IMG/VR virus record: IMGVR_UViG_3300017989_000071
Span: 53,645-117,644 of that record
DNA: 64,000 nucleotides
Reading direction: 5' to 3' (one strand)
From: a virus
Notes under the pieces: model-generated
Told to the model about the DNA's origin: nothing
What the model saw: only the letters and a program-made list of their open reading frames with translations
Databases searched by the model: none
In this document: positions 44,349 to 54,692 of the stretch, in pieces
How the letters are laid out: each line of letters opens with the position of its first letter
Position numbering within the stretch: the first letter of the stretch is position 1
Made by a program: the position numbers and the translations under genes

Positions 44349-44449
44349 TCGTCGTCTCCCTCTTCATCCTGCCCGGACTTCTCCCGGTCCCGCACGTCGG
44401 CGAGGTAACCGTAGAGGTGCATCTTCTGCTTTTGACTGAGCTCCATCAT
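44345..44449 (-). CDS. 34-aa peptide (below the ORF-track cutoff)
   Basis: ATGA-type overlaps at both ends; MMELSQKQKMHLYGYLADVRDREKSGQDEEGDDE. Confidence 0.5.
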   Translation of the reverse strand: MMELSQKQKMHLYGYLADVRDREKSGQDEEGDDE

Positions 44450-45774
44450 GCAATCCCCGAGAAGAAGTTATCGAATGCGGTCAGCTGTGGCCCGCCCGCC
44501 AACAAGACAATCCCCCCGACGAAGTAATCGAACTCGTTGAAGGGCGGTTCGTTCGCCGCGTTCTGGAGCTCGGTCTTCCACCCTTCGATTCCACTGTTCG
44601 ATGAAACGTAGATCGAGTAGATGCCTGTCGCCCCAATGATGTTATCGAACACGTCGATGAGCTCGGAGAGAGTCGTCACGATCTCATCCAGCTCATTCAC
44701 CTTACGCTCAATCGCGTCGATGATAAAGCCCATCGAGTCGTCGATGTTCGCTCCAGCCCGGAGCGCATTGACAAGGGGAAGAAGGTACTGATCCGCGATC
44801 TCGAAAATGATCGGGAACAACCGGTCGAGATTGATCGTCGTCCAGTCCGGGGGGATACTATAAAGCCGCTGCGGAATGTACTCGACAGTCACCTTTTGGT
44901 CGTCGTGGGGATCGGTGCTGATTGTTAGTCCCGTAATCTCCGCATCTTCGTCATAGGTAACGGTGCCGCTTGCGGTGTACCCGTTGCGCCCGACAAACCC
45001 GCCTTGCCCGTCATCCACGGCAACCAGCTCAGGCGTCAGAATGCCGTCATCGTAGTAAACGAAAACAGCGTTCTTCCGCACCGGGCGACCGATCTCCAAA
45101 CTGAAAGGGTTGGACCCCTCCATTTCCTTTTTGACCTTATCGCCCCCGTGATCGAAGGTATCCAGCATACCCTCGCCCATGATATTCGACAGGCGGCGAG
45201 TGAGCTGCTTGATCTCGTTGATATTCGTAAATAGGTCGGCGAGCTGTACGAGCACGTTTAGATACTCGGCAAACGACGGCGCACCCACGCACAAAACAAC
45301 ACCGGCCACATCCCCGGCAAAAACCGGGCGTTCGTAATCCCCGGCATCGTCGAACGATGAAATGATCCGCCGCTTGAATCGGTTGAATGAATTGCCGGTT
45401 GACCCCCCAAGGTATCGGTTGAAAAAGTAAGCGCGGTACGCTTTCCGAATACGCTCCTGTTTGTGGATGGAGCTGTTGTCGTCAAAGTCTTCTTCTTCGG
45501 AGATCGGCAACCCATCGAACAACCGGGCATCGTCGCGGAAATTGATCTGCAACTTCGCGACATCTTCAAGCCCTTTGTCGAGGACCGGCAGGTAGTAGAT
45601 GCCAGTCGCCCGAAAGTCCTGAATGAAATCTTCGAGAGCCGTGGCGAGGGCATCCGCCGGGTTCCAAATCACGGTAAGATCGGACAGGACCAAACGGGCC
45701 ACCTCCAGCCCGCTCTTGACCAGATCGAGGATCGGCGAGACGGCGGACACCACGCTCGATGCCGACGAAGCCAT
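44446..45774 (-). CDS. Hypothetical baseplate-region virion protein
   Basis: Position; contains the shared DDG..GRNG module. Confidence 0.65.
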   Translation of the reverse strand: MASSASSVVSAVSPILDLVKSGLEVARLVLSDLTVIWNPADALATALEDFIQDFRATGIYYLPVLDKGLEDVAKLQINFRDDARLFDGLPISEEEDFDDNSSIHKQERIRKAYRAYFFNRYLGGSTGNSFNRFKRRIISSFDDAGDYERPVFAGDVAGVVLCVGAPSFAEYLNVLVQLADLFTNINEIKQLTRRLSNIMGEGMLDTFDHGGDKVKKEMEGSNPFSLEIGRPVRKNAVFVYYDDGILTPELVAVDDGQGGFVGRNGYTASGTVTYDEDAEITGLTISTDPHDDQKVTVEYIPQRLYSIPPDWTTINLDRLFPIIFEIADQYLLPLVNALRAGANIDDSMGFIIDAIERKVNELDEIVTTLSELIDVFDNIIGATGIYSIYVSSNSGIEGWKTELQNAANEPPFNEFDYFVGGIVLLAGGPQLTAFDNFFSGIA

Positions 45775-45823
45775 CGCCGAGACTTCCGGGGGGAACAGAG
45801 CTCCCAAATTCGCGGATTTCCAC

Positions 45824-46171
45824 TCAGCCACGGTGCCGCTCCTCGTGCGCCCAAGCAAGGGTTTGGGCCAGATGGATCGCCCGGCCCACCTTCGCCACGA
45901 GAGCTCCCCGCTGGACCGCGAAGGTGTAGCGGGTCAACTCCCCGATGCAGCGGAGCCGGACAAGTGGATTATCATCCCAACAACCGGCCACGGCGGGGCG
46001 AATCTCCTCGGGAGCCGCCTCGATCATCTTTTCGCGCTGAGAGGCCCGTAGAGCCACGATCTCCCCCTCGGACGGCTTCTGACACCTCCATAAGGCTTCG
46101 GACACGCCCACGGGGCCAGAATTTTGCTTTTCGGGGGGTTTCATCGTCTTCTGAGATGCCAATTCGTCCAT
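45824..46171 (-). CDS. Hypothetical protein
   Basis: ATG 46171 just after the preceding stop. Confidence 0.5.
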   Translation of the reverse strand: MDELASQKTMKPPEKQNSGPVGVSEALWRCQKPSEGEIVALRASQREKMIEAAPEEIRPAVAGCWDDNPLVRLRCIGELTRYTFAVQRGALVAKVGRAIHLAQTLAWAHEERHRG

Positions 46172-46176
46172 TTCGG

Positions 46177-46416
46177 CTACGTGATCGTCCCTACCACCGC
46201 GCCGCCGGGGGCGTGAGCCGGTACATTGACCACCGTTTGAGCAATCAGGTACGGAACCAGCCCGTTCGCGATCCCGGTCGCCAGAGCGGTCGAAAAGGCC
46301 GTCTGCTGCGCAAGGCTGAAGACCGGGTTGTTGGTATCCTGCGGAAACGTCGCCTGAAGCGCGGAGAGGATCGTCGGTTGCAAGGCGGTTGCAAGAGTCG
46401 CGGGTACGAGAGGCAT
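46177..46416 (-). CDS. Small baseplate-spike-associated protein
   Basis: GGAG RBS; directly after the gp5-like gene. Confidence 0.6.
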   Translation of the reverse strand: MPLVPATLATALQPTILSALQATFPQDTNNPVFSLAQQTAFSTALATGIANGLVPYLIAQTVVNVPAHAPGGAVVGTIT

Positions 46417-46425
46417 CGTTTTCTC

Positions 46426-48369
46426 CTATCCTGTGGGGTCTGCTTTGACATCCACGGCGCGGCATGGAGTCCACGTCGGGTTGACAATCCCGGCGGTCGG
46501 GGGACTCGTCGGCGAGCCGGGGGCCGAACTGGTATGAACGTGCGTGAGAAACTGCCCCGCGTGCCATGCGTTCCAGATATTGAGCCACGCCGTGAAGCAC
46601 ATGAAATAATCGGTCTGCGACTTCGCGCTGAGGTTGATGTCGTTCGAGACGATGTTCACCTGCGTCGCTTCGAGGGTCGTCTCCCCGGTCGCTTGGATCA
46701 TCACGAGATCGTTCGGCCCGGTGTTGCAGTGAATGTCACCGTCGGCGTTGACCTCGATGGTCGCCTTCCCCTTTCCAACCGGGGTGACCTCGATCAGAAG
46801 GGTTCCCCCGTTGGCCTTCAGCGACACATCTCCGAGCTCGGTCAGCCAATCAATGTCGCCCTGCTGGGTCGTCCACGAGAAACTACCGAGGTTGATGTCG
46901 AACATGAAGTCGCCGGAATCAATCGACCGCAGGATGTCGCCGGTCGTGATCTGGTCGATCATATCGCCTTCGGTGATCTGCCGAATGATGTCACCGATAT
47001 TGACCCGCAACCGATACGATCCCTTGCGCGTCCCCAGAATCGTAGAAGGGGGAATAACCGGAACCAGAGTCGGGATATTGATGAGCCGGTCGAAGGCGAA
47101 ATCCTGAACCAAGTCCTCGGGGTTGATCCCCGTCGGCGCGGTCAGCAACCCCGTCAACACCTGATAAAGCGAGCCGCCAATGGATTGCTGCAACGATCCG
47201 AGAACGGAGAGCACATCATCGTTGACGACCGTGATCCGCCGGTTACCGAGAACCGTTGTGTCCTCGTTTCCGCCGATCTCCCGGCTCTTGTCACCCCGGA
47301 CCCGCGAATTGATCTTGTTGTGTTCCTCTTCGACGCCTCCTCGGGTGACCTGTTTGATCGTTCCGTCCTGCGCGTTGAAGATGATCGCGTTCCCGCTATG
47401 ATCCTCCATAATCATCGGGGTATCGCTGTTGGCATCCATCACGAACTTGTCGCCGTTCGCACCTTCAAGCCGCACGATGGGCGATCCCTTGCGCAAACCC
47501 ATCTCGAACTCTTGGGTCTGCGTGTTCTCCTTGTTCGTATTCCGCAGGATGATCCGTTCGTCGCCGAGGGTTGGGTCGAGAATGACCTCCTGCCCGGCCA
47601 AGTCTTTCAGGCGGATGTAACTCTTCCCGGCAACCATCGCTTCCTGATCGAGCTGGTCGCCCCGGATCGAGGAGCGGATGCCACGCTGTTCGGTGTTGTT
47701 CGCGTTCGGGGCCGCCTGCTCTTCCCCCTCGGCCACCACCGCGCCCTCTTCCGCCGGAGTCGTTTCCACTCCGCAGCTCATCTCGATCACCTGCCCGGCG
47801 CGGTCCACAATCACGAACGCTTCCTCGCCGCCCCGGTCTTCGGCATAAATCGTATGCCCCTTCGGCGACTTGTAGAGCAGCGTCCGCGTCGGCACGTTGT
47901 CGCCCTCTTCCTTCTCGAAGAAGACATCGTGCGGGGTCTCTTCCTGATCCTCGCTCGGCACCCACGTTGCGTCCGGATCGGGAGCCTCTTCGGAGCCGTC
48001 GGACTTCACCCGACCGCCCACCGTGTTCATCGGCTGCGCGAACTCGGGGTTGGCGCGGTAGGTGCCGATCACCACCGGGTAGCGGTAGTGGCCACGCTCG
48101 AACATCACCCACACCCCGGAACCGACCGGGATCGAGGGAGCACTGAAGGAACCGAAGTCGTAGCCACCGCCCCACTGCTCGGCTACTTCCGCCCACGGCA
48201 GGGCTTCCCGCGACGTGCGAGTCTCCGGGCCGTGCAACTCGTAAATGCGAACACGGAGCCTCCCCAGCCGCTCGGGATCGTCGATTCCCTCGACAATGCC
48301 TCGATAGACACCGGGACGATGAACGTCCTGCTCTCGTAGAGCATCCTTGATTTCGGCTTCGCGACTCAC
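46426..48369 (-). CDS. Baseplate central spike (T4 gp5 / VgrG-like, OB-fold plus beta-repeat)
   Basis: YRGIVEGIDDPERLGRLRVRI, LPWA, P.VGSGVWVMFERG...PVVIG; GTG 48369 overlaps the upstream TGA. Confidence 0.88.
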   Translation of the reverse strand: MSREAEIKDALREQDVHRPGVYRGIVEGIDDPERLGRLRVRIYELHGPETRTSREALPWAEVAEQWGGGYDFGSFSAPSIPVGSGVWVMFERGHYRYPVVIGTYRANPEFAQPMNTVGGRVKSDGSEEAPDPDATWVPSEDQEETPHDVFFEKEEGDNVPTRTLLYKSPKGHTIYAEDRGGEEAFVIVDRAGQVIEMSCGVETTPAEEGAVVAEGEEQAAPNANNTEQRGIRSSIRGDQLDQEAMVAGKSYIRLKDLAGQEVILDPTLGDERIILRNTNKENTQTQEFEMGLRKGSPIVRLEGANGDKFVMDANSDTPMIMEDHSGNAIIFNAQDGTIKQVTRGGVEEEHNKINSRVRGDKSREIGGNEDTTVLGNRRITVVNDDVLSVLGSLQQSIGGSLYQVLTGLLTAPTGINPEDLVQDFAFDRLINIPTLVPVIPPSTILGTRKGSYRLRVNIGDIIRQITEGDMIDQITTGDILRSIDSGDFMFDINLGSFSWTTQQGDIDWLTELGDVSLKANGGTLLIEVTPVGKGKATIEVNADGDIHCNTGPNDLVMIQATGETTLEATQVNIVSNDINLSAKSQTDYFMCFTAWLNIWNAWHAGQFLTHVHTSSAPGSPTSPPTAGIVNPTWTPCRAVDVKADPTG

Positions 48370-49730
48370 TCGGTATCCTCGAAGAACCGAACGCCTTCGG
48401 GAACCACGTTGGCCCCGAGGGCGTTGGAATTGCGCCGGAGCTGGCAGGTCACCGTATACCCGGTTCCGGTTACGATCTCGTGACGCGCCTGTTTCACAAA
48501 CCAGAGACCGGACGACCAATGAATCTGCCCGTTCGGAAACTGAACGATCACGCGGATAATGTCGTAGGCGCGAATCCCAATCGTGCTCGGAGAGCCGTTC
48601 AAGGTGATCTCCGCTTCGGTGATCGTATTCATCAACCGCGCCCACCGATTCTCGGCAATGGCGCGGATCGTCTCTTCGTTATTGGCTTCAATCGGCAGGG
48701 TGATCGACGTGTCGAGGGATTCCTCGTCCGCCGTATCGTTGATCTTCGCATCCCCGAAAACGGCGCGGTCGAACTCATCGGCGATCAGGTTGACCAACTC
48801 GTCCCGGAAGCGAGTACCGGCACCGCCGATCCGTCGCTGTGTCTCCGAACGCGGCATCGGGACGATAGCTCCACCGCGAGCGAGGAACTGATTGAGCTTC
48901 CCCTCTCTTGCCATCGAGGTTGGGTTGACCGGAATCGTCATCCACTTCTTGCGGGTGGCGTCCCAACCTCGGAACTTGATGCCTTCCGCGCCCCACGCCC
49001 CGAGCGTCGCCCCGTTGAAACTCGGCGTGAACGACAGCACGTCCGACTGCCCCGGCCCCCCGAGCCACGAGAACGTCGGTATCTCAACCTGATCGCGCTC
49101 GAAGAGCGGAGACGAGAACCGGATGCCACCACCGTCACGACCGTCCTTGAAATAATAATCGCCGATTCCATCCTTGTTCTTCGCCAGCTTGACCAGCTCC
49201 GACTGGATGAAGTCGAACGGCTTCTTCGGCTCGGTCGTTTGCGAGGGAACGAAGATGTCCTCCTTGGTTTCCTCGACCCGGCGCAGATCGACCCCATCCC
49301 CGAAAATCTTCTTGGCGATGATGATAACCGCCTCGGAGATCGTCGTGTCCTTCGGGAACTCGATAGGCTCGTTGTACTGGATATTCTTCCCGGCCCCCGC
49401 CGAGTAGCCGGTGATCCGAATATCCATTCCCGCCTCGAAGGTCGGCAGATAGTGCGACACGTAGCAGCGAAGCAAACCCGTCGTCGCCACAGGCTGATTC
49501 GGGATATTGTAGTAGCCGAACTCCATCTGTACTTCACTCTGCCGCCGCGCCGAGAAGAAGATATTTTCGATGTCGGTATAATTCGGGTCATGCAACCCGA
49601 GCTCGAAGCTGAAGAATCCCGACTCGTTATCCTCGAATACGAAGTCGGTCAGGTATTCAGGGGGAACCGGAGTCAGGTCTTCGTCATTGAGCGACACCTT
49701 CACCGCCGGGTAGTTGATGAAGTCCGTCAT
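48366..49730 (-). CDS. Baseplate hub protein (gp27 / gpD-like)
   Basis: Position between gp53-like and gp5-like genes; SGLWFVKQARHEI..GYTVTCQL. Confidence 0.75.
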   Translation of the reverse strand: MTDFINYPAVKVSLNDEDLTPVPPEYLTDFVFEDNESGFFSFELGLHDPNYTDIENIFFSARRQSEVQMEFGYYNIPNQPVATTGLLRCYVSHYLPTFEAGMDIRITGYSAGAGKNIQYNEPIEFPKDTTISEAVIIIAKKIFGDGVDLRRVEETKEDIFVPSQTTEPKKPFDFIQSELVKLAKNKDGIGDYYFKDGRDGGGIRFSSPLFERDQVEIPTFSWLGGPGQSDVLSFTPSFNGATLGAWGAEGIKFRGWDATRKKWMTIPVNPTSMAREGKLNQFLARGGAIVPMPRSETQRRIGGAGTRFRDELVNLIADEFDRAVFGDAKINDTADEESLDTSITLPIEANNEETIRAIAENRWARLMNTITEAEITLNGSPSTIGIRAYDIIRVIVQFPNGQIHWSSGLWFVKQARHEIVTGTGYTVTCQLRRNSNALGANVVPEGVRFFEDTE

Positions 49731-50095
49731 CCAACCAACCTCGAAATGACCCGGTTGTAGGCAGGCACCCGCAACCGCTGCCCGGCTTCCACATCTGACA
49801 GGGGATCAATCACGTAATTGACGACCATGATGATCCAGTAGAGACGATCCGTGTTGCGGTACGCATCGCGACAAACCAAATCGGGGCGTTCCTTCCCGGC
49901 GGTTACTTCCAAGAAGCGGTCGGTGCGCTGACGCGCAAATGTTGGGGGATACCACGATGCGAGCGTCGGTACGTTCTCGTACTCGACCACATCCAAGTCC
50001 TTCGTCCGCGAGAACACGTTACTCGATGCCACCTGCTTTCCGATCTTCCGGAAACGAACGTCGGGAAAGTTATAGTTTATAGGAAGTCCTCTCAT
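49727..50095 (-). CDS. Baseplate wedge gp53 / LysM-like tail protein
   Basis: ERPDLV...Y...LYWIIMVVN..IDP....GQRLRVP. Confidence 0.8.
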   Translation of the reverse strand: MRGLPINYNFPDVRFRKIGKQVASSNVFSRTKDLDVVEYENVPTLASWYPPTFARQRTDRFLEVTAGKERPDLVCRDAYRNTDRLYWIIMVVNYVIDPLSDVEAGQRLRVPAYNRVISRLVG

Positions 50096-50580
50096 AGGAT
50101 TGTCCGTACATCGGAGTACCCGAGCATCTTTCCGATCCGGGTAAACTCCAGCGTCATGTCAACAAATTGCGGTAGAAAATTCTCGTCATACGGGGGGCTG
50201 ATATTCGGATTCCATGCGCTGATGAACCCCTCTTCGTCGAAGAGCTTCCCCATCCACAACCGCACCACATGCGGCGGGGACAGAAACTCCCCGGCCAGAT
50301 AGTCGGGGTAGAGCAGCGATTCGAGGAACCGCAGATCGTTGATTACATCCTCGGTCGTCCCGCCGTCGTTCCGCTCGACGGACGAAACCAGCCGAAACGG
50401 AAGCGAGAGTGTCTTCGCCCCGGTGTGGGAATAATGAAAGAAGGGCTGCGAGGTTCCACGCGGCTCCTTCCCATCGTAATTCGCGGTCACACTCATGCTG
50501 ACGGTAGAGAGGAACAGCAACTCCACCGCCTCGCCCGTCACCGTGTCGATGAGGATCGCTTTGGGCATCGTGATCGGCAT
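50092..50580 (-). CDS. Tail tube initiator / baseplate tube-cap-like protein
   Basis: YSHTGAKTLSLPF...LESLLYPDY...PP...L.MGKLF. Confidence 0.7.
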   Translation of the reverse strand: MPITMPKAILIDTVTGEAVELLFLSTVSMSVTANYDGKEPRGTSQPFFHYSHTGAKTLSLPFRLVSSVERNDGGTTEDVINDLRFLESLLYPDYLAGEFLSPPHVVRLWMGKLFDEEGFISAWNPNISPPYDENFLPQFVDMTLEFTRIGKMLGYSDVRTIL

Positions 50581-53500
50581 TACTTCGGTCCCACCTGATT
50601 GATAACGGCTACCTTATCCACGTCCGTTCCCGGCTTCGACTGGCGGCGGGATTGGACCCGTTGTTCCACGCGCTGACCCTTCATCATCCCGAGCTGGTTT
50701 TCCATCACGGACTTGATGCCTTCGAGTAGCGAGACGATGTTCTTGTCGGTCCAATCGGTTTCGACCTTGAGGGGCTTTCCATCATCGCTTCCGGAGAGCA
50801 TCGACTTGATTGTCTGCCCGATACCTCCAATGCTCGAATCGGTAGGCGCGGCGGAAACCTTCCCCTCGGTAAACTTCACATCCGCTCCGGGAATATCCAC
50901 GTCGGCGGCGGTCGATGGAGTGAACAGCGACGCATCGGGGTTCATCTTGAAGAAGTCCATGAACCCTTGGGCCATGCCCTTTCCGGTCTCGAACACATCG
51001 CTAACCGCTATGTCCTGACCGAGACCCTTCAGCGCACCGACTCCCTCCTCGGCCAGACCCCGCATGTAGGCTTCGATACCTCCGCGATCCATTGTCAGTG
51101 TTTCGGGACCACCCCCACCCGGTTTCAACTGCGAATTAGGATCGACCTGAACCGGAGCCTCGACCGGAATCTCCATCACCGCGTTCTGGAGGTTGTCCAT
51201 GATCCGCTGTACGGTCTTCGGACCCAGCCCCAGATTTTCGAGGAAGATTTTCCGCTTCGTCGTGTCATTCAACTGCAACGCCAAGCCCTGCGCCAACGCC
51301 TCGGACTCCTGTGCCATCCGCTTGAACTTCTCGCTGCTCTTGTCCATTCCGATCATCTCCGAGCGCATATCGCGGAAGGTGTCGATCAGGTTGGCATTCG
51401 CCTCGACAAACTTCTCGTTGAAACCGCTTGCCCGTATCGTCTCCTCGTTGTTCTTCTTGATCTCGGCGTTCCAATCCTTGTACTTCTCGATCAGGTAGAT
51501 CACCCCAGCCGTCGCCGCCGCGAGAAACGCCAGCAACGGATTCGCCAGCGCGAACTTCGCCAGACTGATTCCGAGCTTGAAGACGGCGGGGACCAGAACC
51601 TTCATCATCGTCCACCCGAGCTCCACCCCCGCTTTGATCGTGAACCACATCGCCGGGAGGACCGCCTTGCGCAGAACGACCAAACCCATGTGGAGTAGAG
51701 ACTTCGAGAGCTTGTAGGTCGCAATCAGGGTGTACTTCGTAATAACGTATCCCAGCTTTACCATTCCCACCGCCAGCCGACCGACGTGTCCGATCAGCTT
51801 GAAGATGCGGTCGCCGAAGACAAACACCGCCGCCGACAATCCTGCAATCTTGAGATGCGTCTGCTGGGTCTGCGTATCGAGATTGGTCCACCACTTGACC
51901 AACTCACGACCCTTTTGAAGCAGCGGAACAACGACCCCGACCAGTATTTCGTTAATCGACATTCCCGCCTCGGCCCAAAACGCCATGAAAACATCTTGGA
52001 AGCTTTTCCATGCTTGCGTCAGGCGATCAAGGCGATTCTTGGCCGCGTCTGCTGCCGATTCCCCTTCTTGCGCCGCCAACTTCGCGGCGAGTATCTGCTT
52101 AGCTATATCGGTTGAGCTCATCTCTCGTCCGACATTCAGCAACTCCTGCCATGTGAAACTCAACTGGTCCAGCGGCTCAACCATCCCCTTCAAGCGGAGA
52201 GCTCCCTGCGGACCGGAAGCGATCTGATTGAGCTGCGAGGTGAATTGCGTCATCACCCCTGCGTAGTCCTGCTTGTCGATCATCTTTTGCAACGACATCG
52301 CGTCGATACCCATCAACGACGCCAACTGATTCGTAAACGCACCGGCACCGGTCACCCGACCGAGCTCGTCTCGGCCCAACTCGACCTCCTCGGACAGCCG
52401 GGTAAACATCTCCGAGATTTTCGATTGATCGAGGAACTTGCTGTAGACACCCGCAATCGACTGGAGCTCGGTGATAATTTCCTCCCGAGACTTCGCCGTG
52501 TTCTCGGGAAGGAGCTGCATCAGCCCGGTCAGACTGTTCGTAAAGCTCACCAACTCTTGCGCCGAAATGATTGTGTTATCCGTAATGAACTTGATCCCCG
52601 CCCCGATGTTTCGCAGACCTTGGGTGCCGATCCCGTAGAGGTTCGTCATTTGATTGAACATGTCGCCGACTGCCTCGGCACCGAGCTCGGTAGCGCGGGC
52701 CAACTCGACGGTCGCAATCGTGTAGTTTTGAAGATCGCGCACGCCGGATTCGACGGTCTTGTTCATCATCTGAAACTTCACGCCGGTCTTCGCGATTTCC
52801 GCCACCCGGTCGTTCCCTACTCCAAGGATTCCGGTATACTCGCCCATCCGAATCAGGGATTGGTTGACCTCCTCCATCGCCTCGGGGGTCAGAGACAGCG
52901 ACTCGTTCATGTCCCTCACCCGACGCTCGAAAGCCAACGCGGTCTTCAGAAGCGAGGCAAGGATCAGCCCAACCGACGCGGCCCGGAGAATCCCCTCCAG
53001 CTTCGAGAACGACAATCCTAGTTGATCCAGACCGAGGACGTTATCGTTCACCGCTCCGTGGAGCCGACCGAGACTTGTCCGCTGCATGTCGAAGCTCTTG
53101 GTTCCCTTGTCCGTCGCGGACTGCGCCTTCTTCTGGCCGGACGCCATCTGCCCCAGCGAGCCGAACCCCTTCTTCATCCGACCGAAGAGGCCCGTCGCCG
53201 CCTCGTTCTGCTGCTCGGTCGCCCTCTTCTGTTTGAGTACCGCTTCGGCGGCTTCCTCGGATGCGAGCTTGAAGTCCTTGTTGACCGTCACGCTTTCCGA
53301 AACGATCTGATTGAAGGAATCGACCTCGGAGAAGGCCAGACTGATCGCCTCGCCAATCGCATCGGCCAGCATCTCCCCGAGCTGCTGAATCCCCTCGGGG
53401 TCAATGAGAGAAGACCCGGAAACGGGGTTGATGGACGACCCGGCGTTGTTCACCGTTTCGACCATCCCCTGCGTTTCGCTCGCAAACTTGGCCGTCTGTC

Positions 53501-53663
53501 CGGCGGACGAGAGGAGCTGCTGATCGTAGCCCCCGAAAATCTGCTGGAACTTCTCGGCGGCCTTGTTCATCGACTGGACAAACTCCTCCATCCCCTGTGT
53601 CACCACAGCGAGAGGTTGGGACGCCTGATCGTTGAGCTCGACGAGCCAGACTAGATCGTTCAT
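50580..53663 (-). CDS. Tape measure protein
   Basis: 1027-aa helical Ala/Leu-rich protein with hydrophobic segments, after the tube and chaperone genes. Confidence 0.85.
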   Translation of the reverse strand: MNDLVWLVELNDQASQPLAVVTQGMEEFVQSMNKAAEKFQQIFGGYDQQLLSSAGQTAKFASETQGMVETVNNAGSSINPVSGSSLIDPEGIQQLGEMLADAIGEAISLAFSEVDSFNQIVSESVTVNKDFKLASEEAAEAVLKQKRATEQQNEAATGLFGRMKKGFGSLGQMASGQKKAQSATDKGTKSFDMQRTSLGRLHGAVNDNVLGLDQLGLSFSKLEGILRAASVGLILASLLKTALAFERRVRDMNESLSLTPEAMEEVNQSLIRMGEYTGILGVGNDRVAEIAKTGVKFQMMNKTVESGVRDLQNYTIATVELARATELGAEAVGDMFNQMTNLYGIGTQGLRNIGAGIKFITDNTIISAQELVSFTNSLTGLMQLLPENTAKSREEIITELQSIAGVYSKFLDQSKISEMFTRLSEEVELGRDELGRVTGAGAFTNQLASLMGIDAMSLQKMIDKQDYAGVMTQFTSQLNQIASGPQGALRLKGMVEPLDQLSFTWQELLNVGREMSSTDIAKQILAAKLAAQEGESAADAAKNRLDRLTQAWKSFQDVFMAFWAEAGMSINEILVGVVVPLLQKGRELVKWWTNLDTQTQQTHLKIAGLSAAVFVFGDRIFKLIGHVGRLAVGMVKLGYVITKYTLIATYKLSKSLLHMGLVVLRKAVLPAMWFTIKAGVELGWTMMKVLVPAVFKLGISLAKFALANPLLAFLAAATAGVIYLIEKYKDWNAEIKKNNEETIRASGFNEKFVEANANLIDTFRDMRSEMIGMDKSSEKFKRMAQESEALAQGLALQLNDTTKRKIFLENLGLGPKTVQRIMDNLQNAVMEIPVEAPVQVDPNSQLKPGGGGPETLTMDRGGIEAYMRGLAEEGVGALKGLGQDIAVSDVFETGKGMAQGFMDFFKMNPDASLFTPSTAADVDIPGADVKFTEGKVSAAPTDSSIGGIGQTIKSMLSGSDDGKPLKVETDWTDKNIVSLLEGIKSVMENQLGMMKGQRVEQRVQSRRQSKPGTDVDKVAVINQVGPK

Positions 53664-53893
53664 CGTTTGAAGAGTCCCTTGAAGAGATTGCCCATGCTGC
53701 GACTGTCCTTCGCAACTTTTTCCTTCAGCTGCGCATAGAGGTAGTTTCTATCGCGCACAGTGAGGCGATAGTATTCGACGGGCGAGAGGTTGCCGTGCAA
53801 CCACATGTCCGCCCGCATCTGGGCCAGCGCGGCGGCGTTCGGTACGACTTCGCTGAAGACCAGCTCAGCCGGAACGCCTTCGAGGACGAAAAA
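53660..53893 (-). CDS. Frameshift extension (T-frame) of the tail assembly chaperone
   Basis: Open frame with no RBS or start of its own, entered at a T6 run (53894-53889); its TGA overlaps the tape measure ATG. Confidence 0.6.
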   Translation of the reverse strand, partial: FFVLEGVPAELVFSEVVPNAAALAQMRADMWLHGNLSPVEYYRLTVRDRNYLYAQLKEKVAKDSRSMGNLFKGLFKR

Positions 53894-54638
53894 ACTCTGT
53901 CAGATCGAATTTGATCGTCAGCTCGTTCAACCACCCGCAATGCACGCAGTCCTGCTCGCGGTCTAAATCCACGCCGATGCGGTTGTCTTCGAGGGCGTCG
54001 GCATACGCCAAAGAGATCTCGCCCTTCAGCTTATTGACGACATACTTCAACGCCTCGCCGATGTTCTCGGGAGCTTCGCCGTTGACTTCGACCAATGAGA
54101 GGGCTTTGCGATAGCGGTAGGCGGGATCACCCTTCTTCCCCCCTCCTTTGTTCCGAATCTGATCGGCGTAGCGCAAAGCGGACGCCTCATCGGAACCTCG
54201 AAGGTGCCGCCACTTGATCGTGTCGCCATTGGGAAGGTGGAGCTCGAACGGTTCGCTCCACTCGGTCTGATCCTCGGGGGGACGAAGGAGCGGAAGCTGG
54301 GAGATCAGCACCGTATCCCGCATCTGCTTCCCGCAATTTTCGCACTTCCACGAAAACGTCCAGTTTTCGCCATAGGAATGCAAGCGGGTATACAGAAGCA
54401 GGAACAGCCGATCTCCCAGCAACAGCTCACGGAGAGGGACGGGACAGCGCACGATGTTTTCCAGAATGGCATCGACCAGATTACGCTTCCCGACGCTGGC
54501 GGGGTTGGCAACGATTTCCTCTTCTTCGGTCCCGAGTACGCCGACTTCGACGGCTCCGTTGGGAACCCTGCCGCCATACGGCAGACCGCGAGAGGGGAGA
54601 TGTACCAGTCTCCAGTCCTGATTGACGTTCTCACCCAT
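53865..54638 (-). CDS. Tail/baseplate hub assembly chaperone (T4 gp26/gp51-like)
   Basis: LPSRGLPY, LGTEEEEI, LLLGDRLFLLLYTR..SYG, CENC and CVHC; ends EFFRP. Confidence 0.8.
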   Translation of the reverse strand: MGENVNQDWRLVHLPSRGLPYGGRVPNGAVEVGVLGTEEEEIVANPASVGKRNLVDAILENIVRCPVPLRELLLGDRLFLLLYTRLHSYGENWTFSWKCENCGKQMRDTVLISQLPLLRPPEDQTEWSEPFELHLPNGDTIKWRHLRGSDEASALRYADQIRNKGGGKKGDPAYRYRKALSLVEVNGEAPENIGEALKYVVNKLKGEISLAYADALEDNRIGVDLDREQDCVHCGWLNELTIKFDLTEFFRPRRRSG

Positions 54639-54692
54639 TTTCGTACTCCTTGCTTAATCGGTTAAATAATCGGGTGTATTCGGTTTCCTATC

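Noticed and set aside
45463-48339. Very long plus-strand ORFs (e.g. 45463-48339, 34784-37321, 40722-42242, 1647-2885)
   Set aside because: They are antisense shadows of well-supported minus-strand genes in a GC-rich genome, with no motifs or RBS.
53725-53940. -1 frame ORF at the chaperone slippery site
   Set aside because: The translation is not protein-like and stops short. The +1/-2 frame instead reaches and overlaps the tape measure start.
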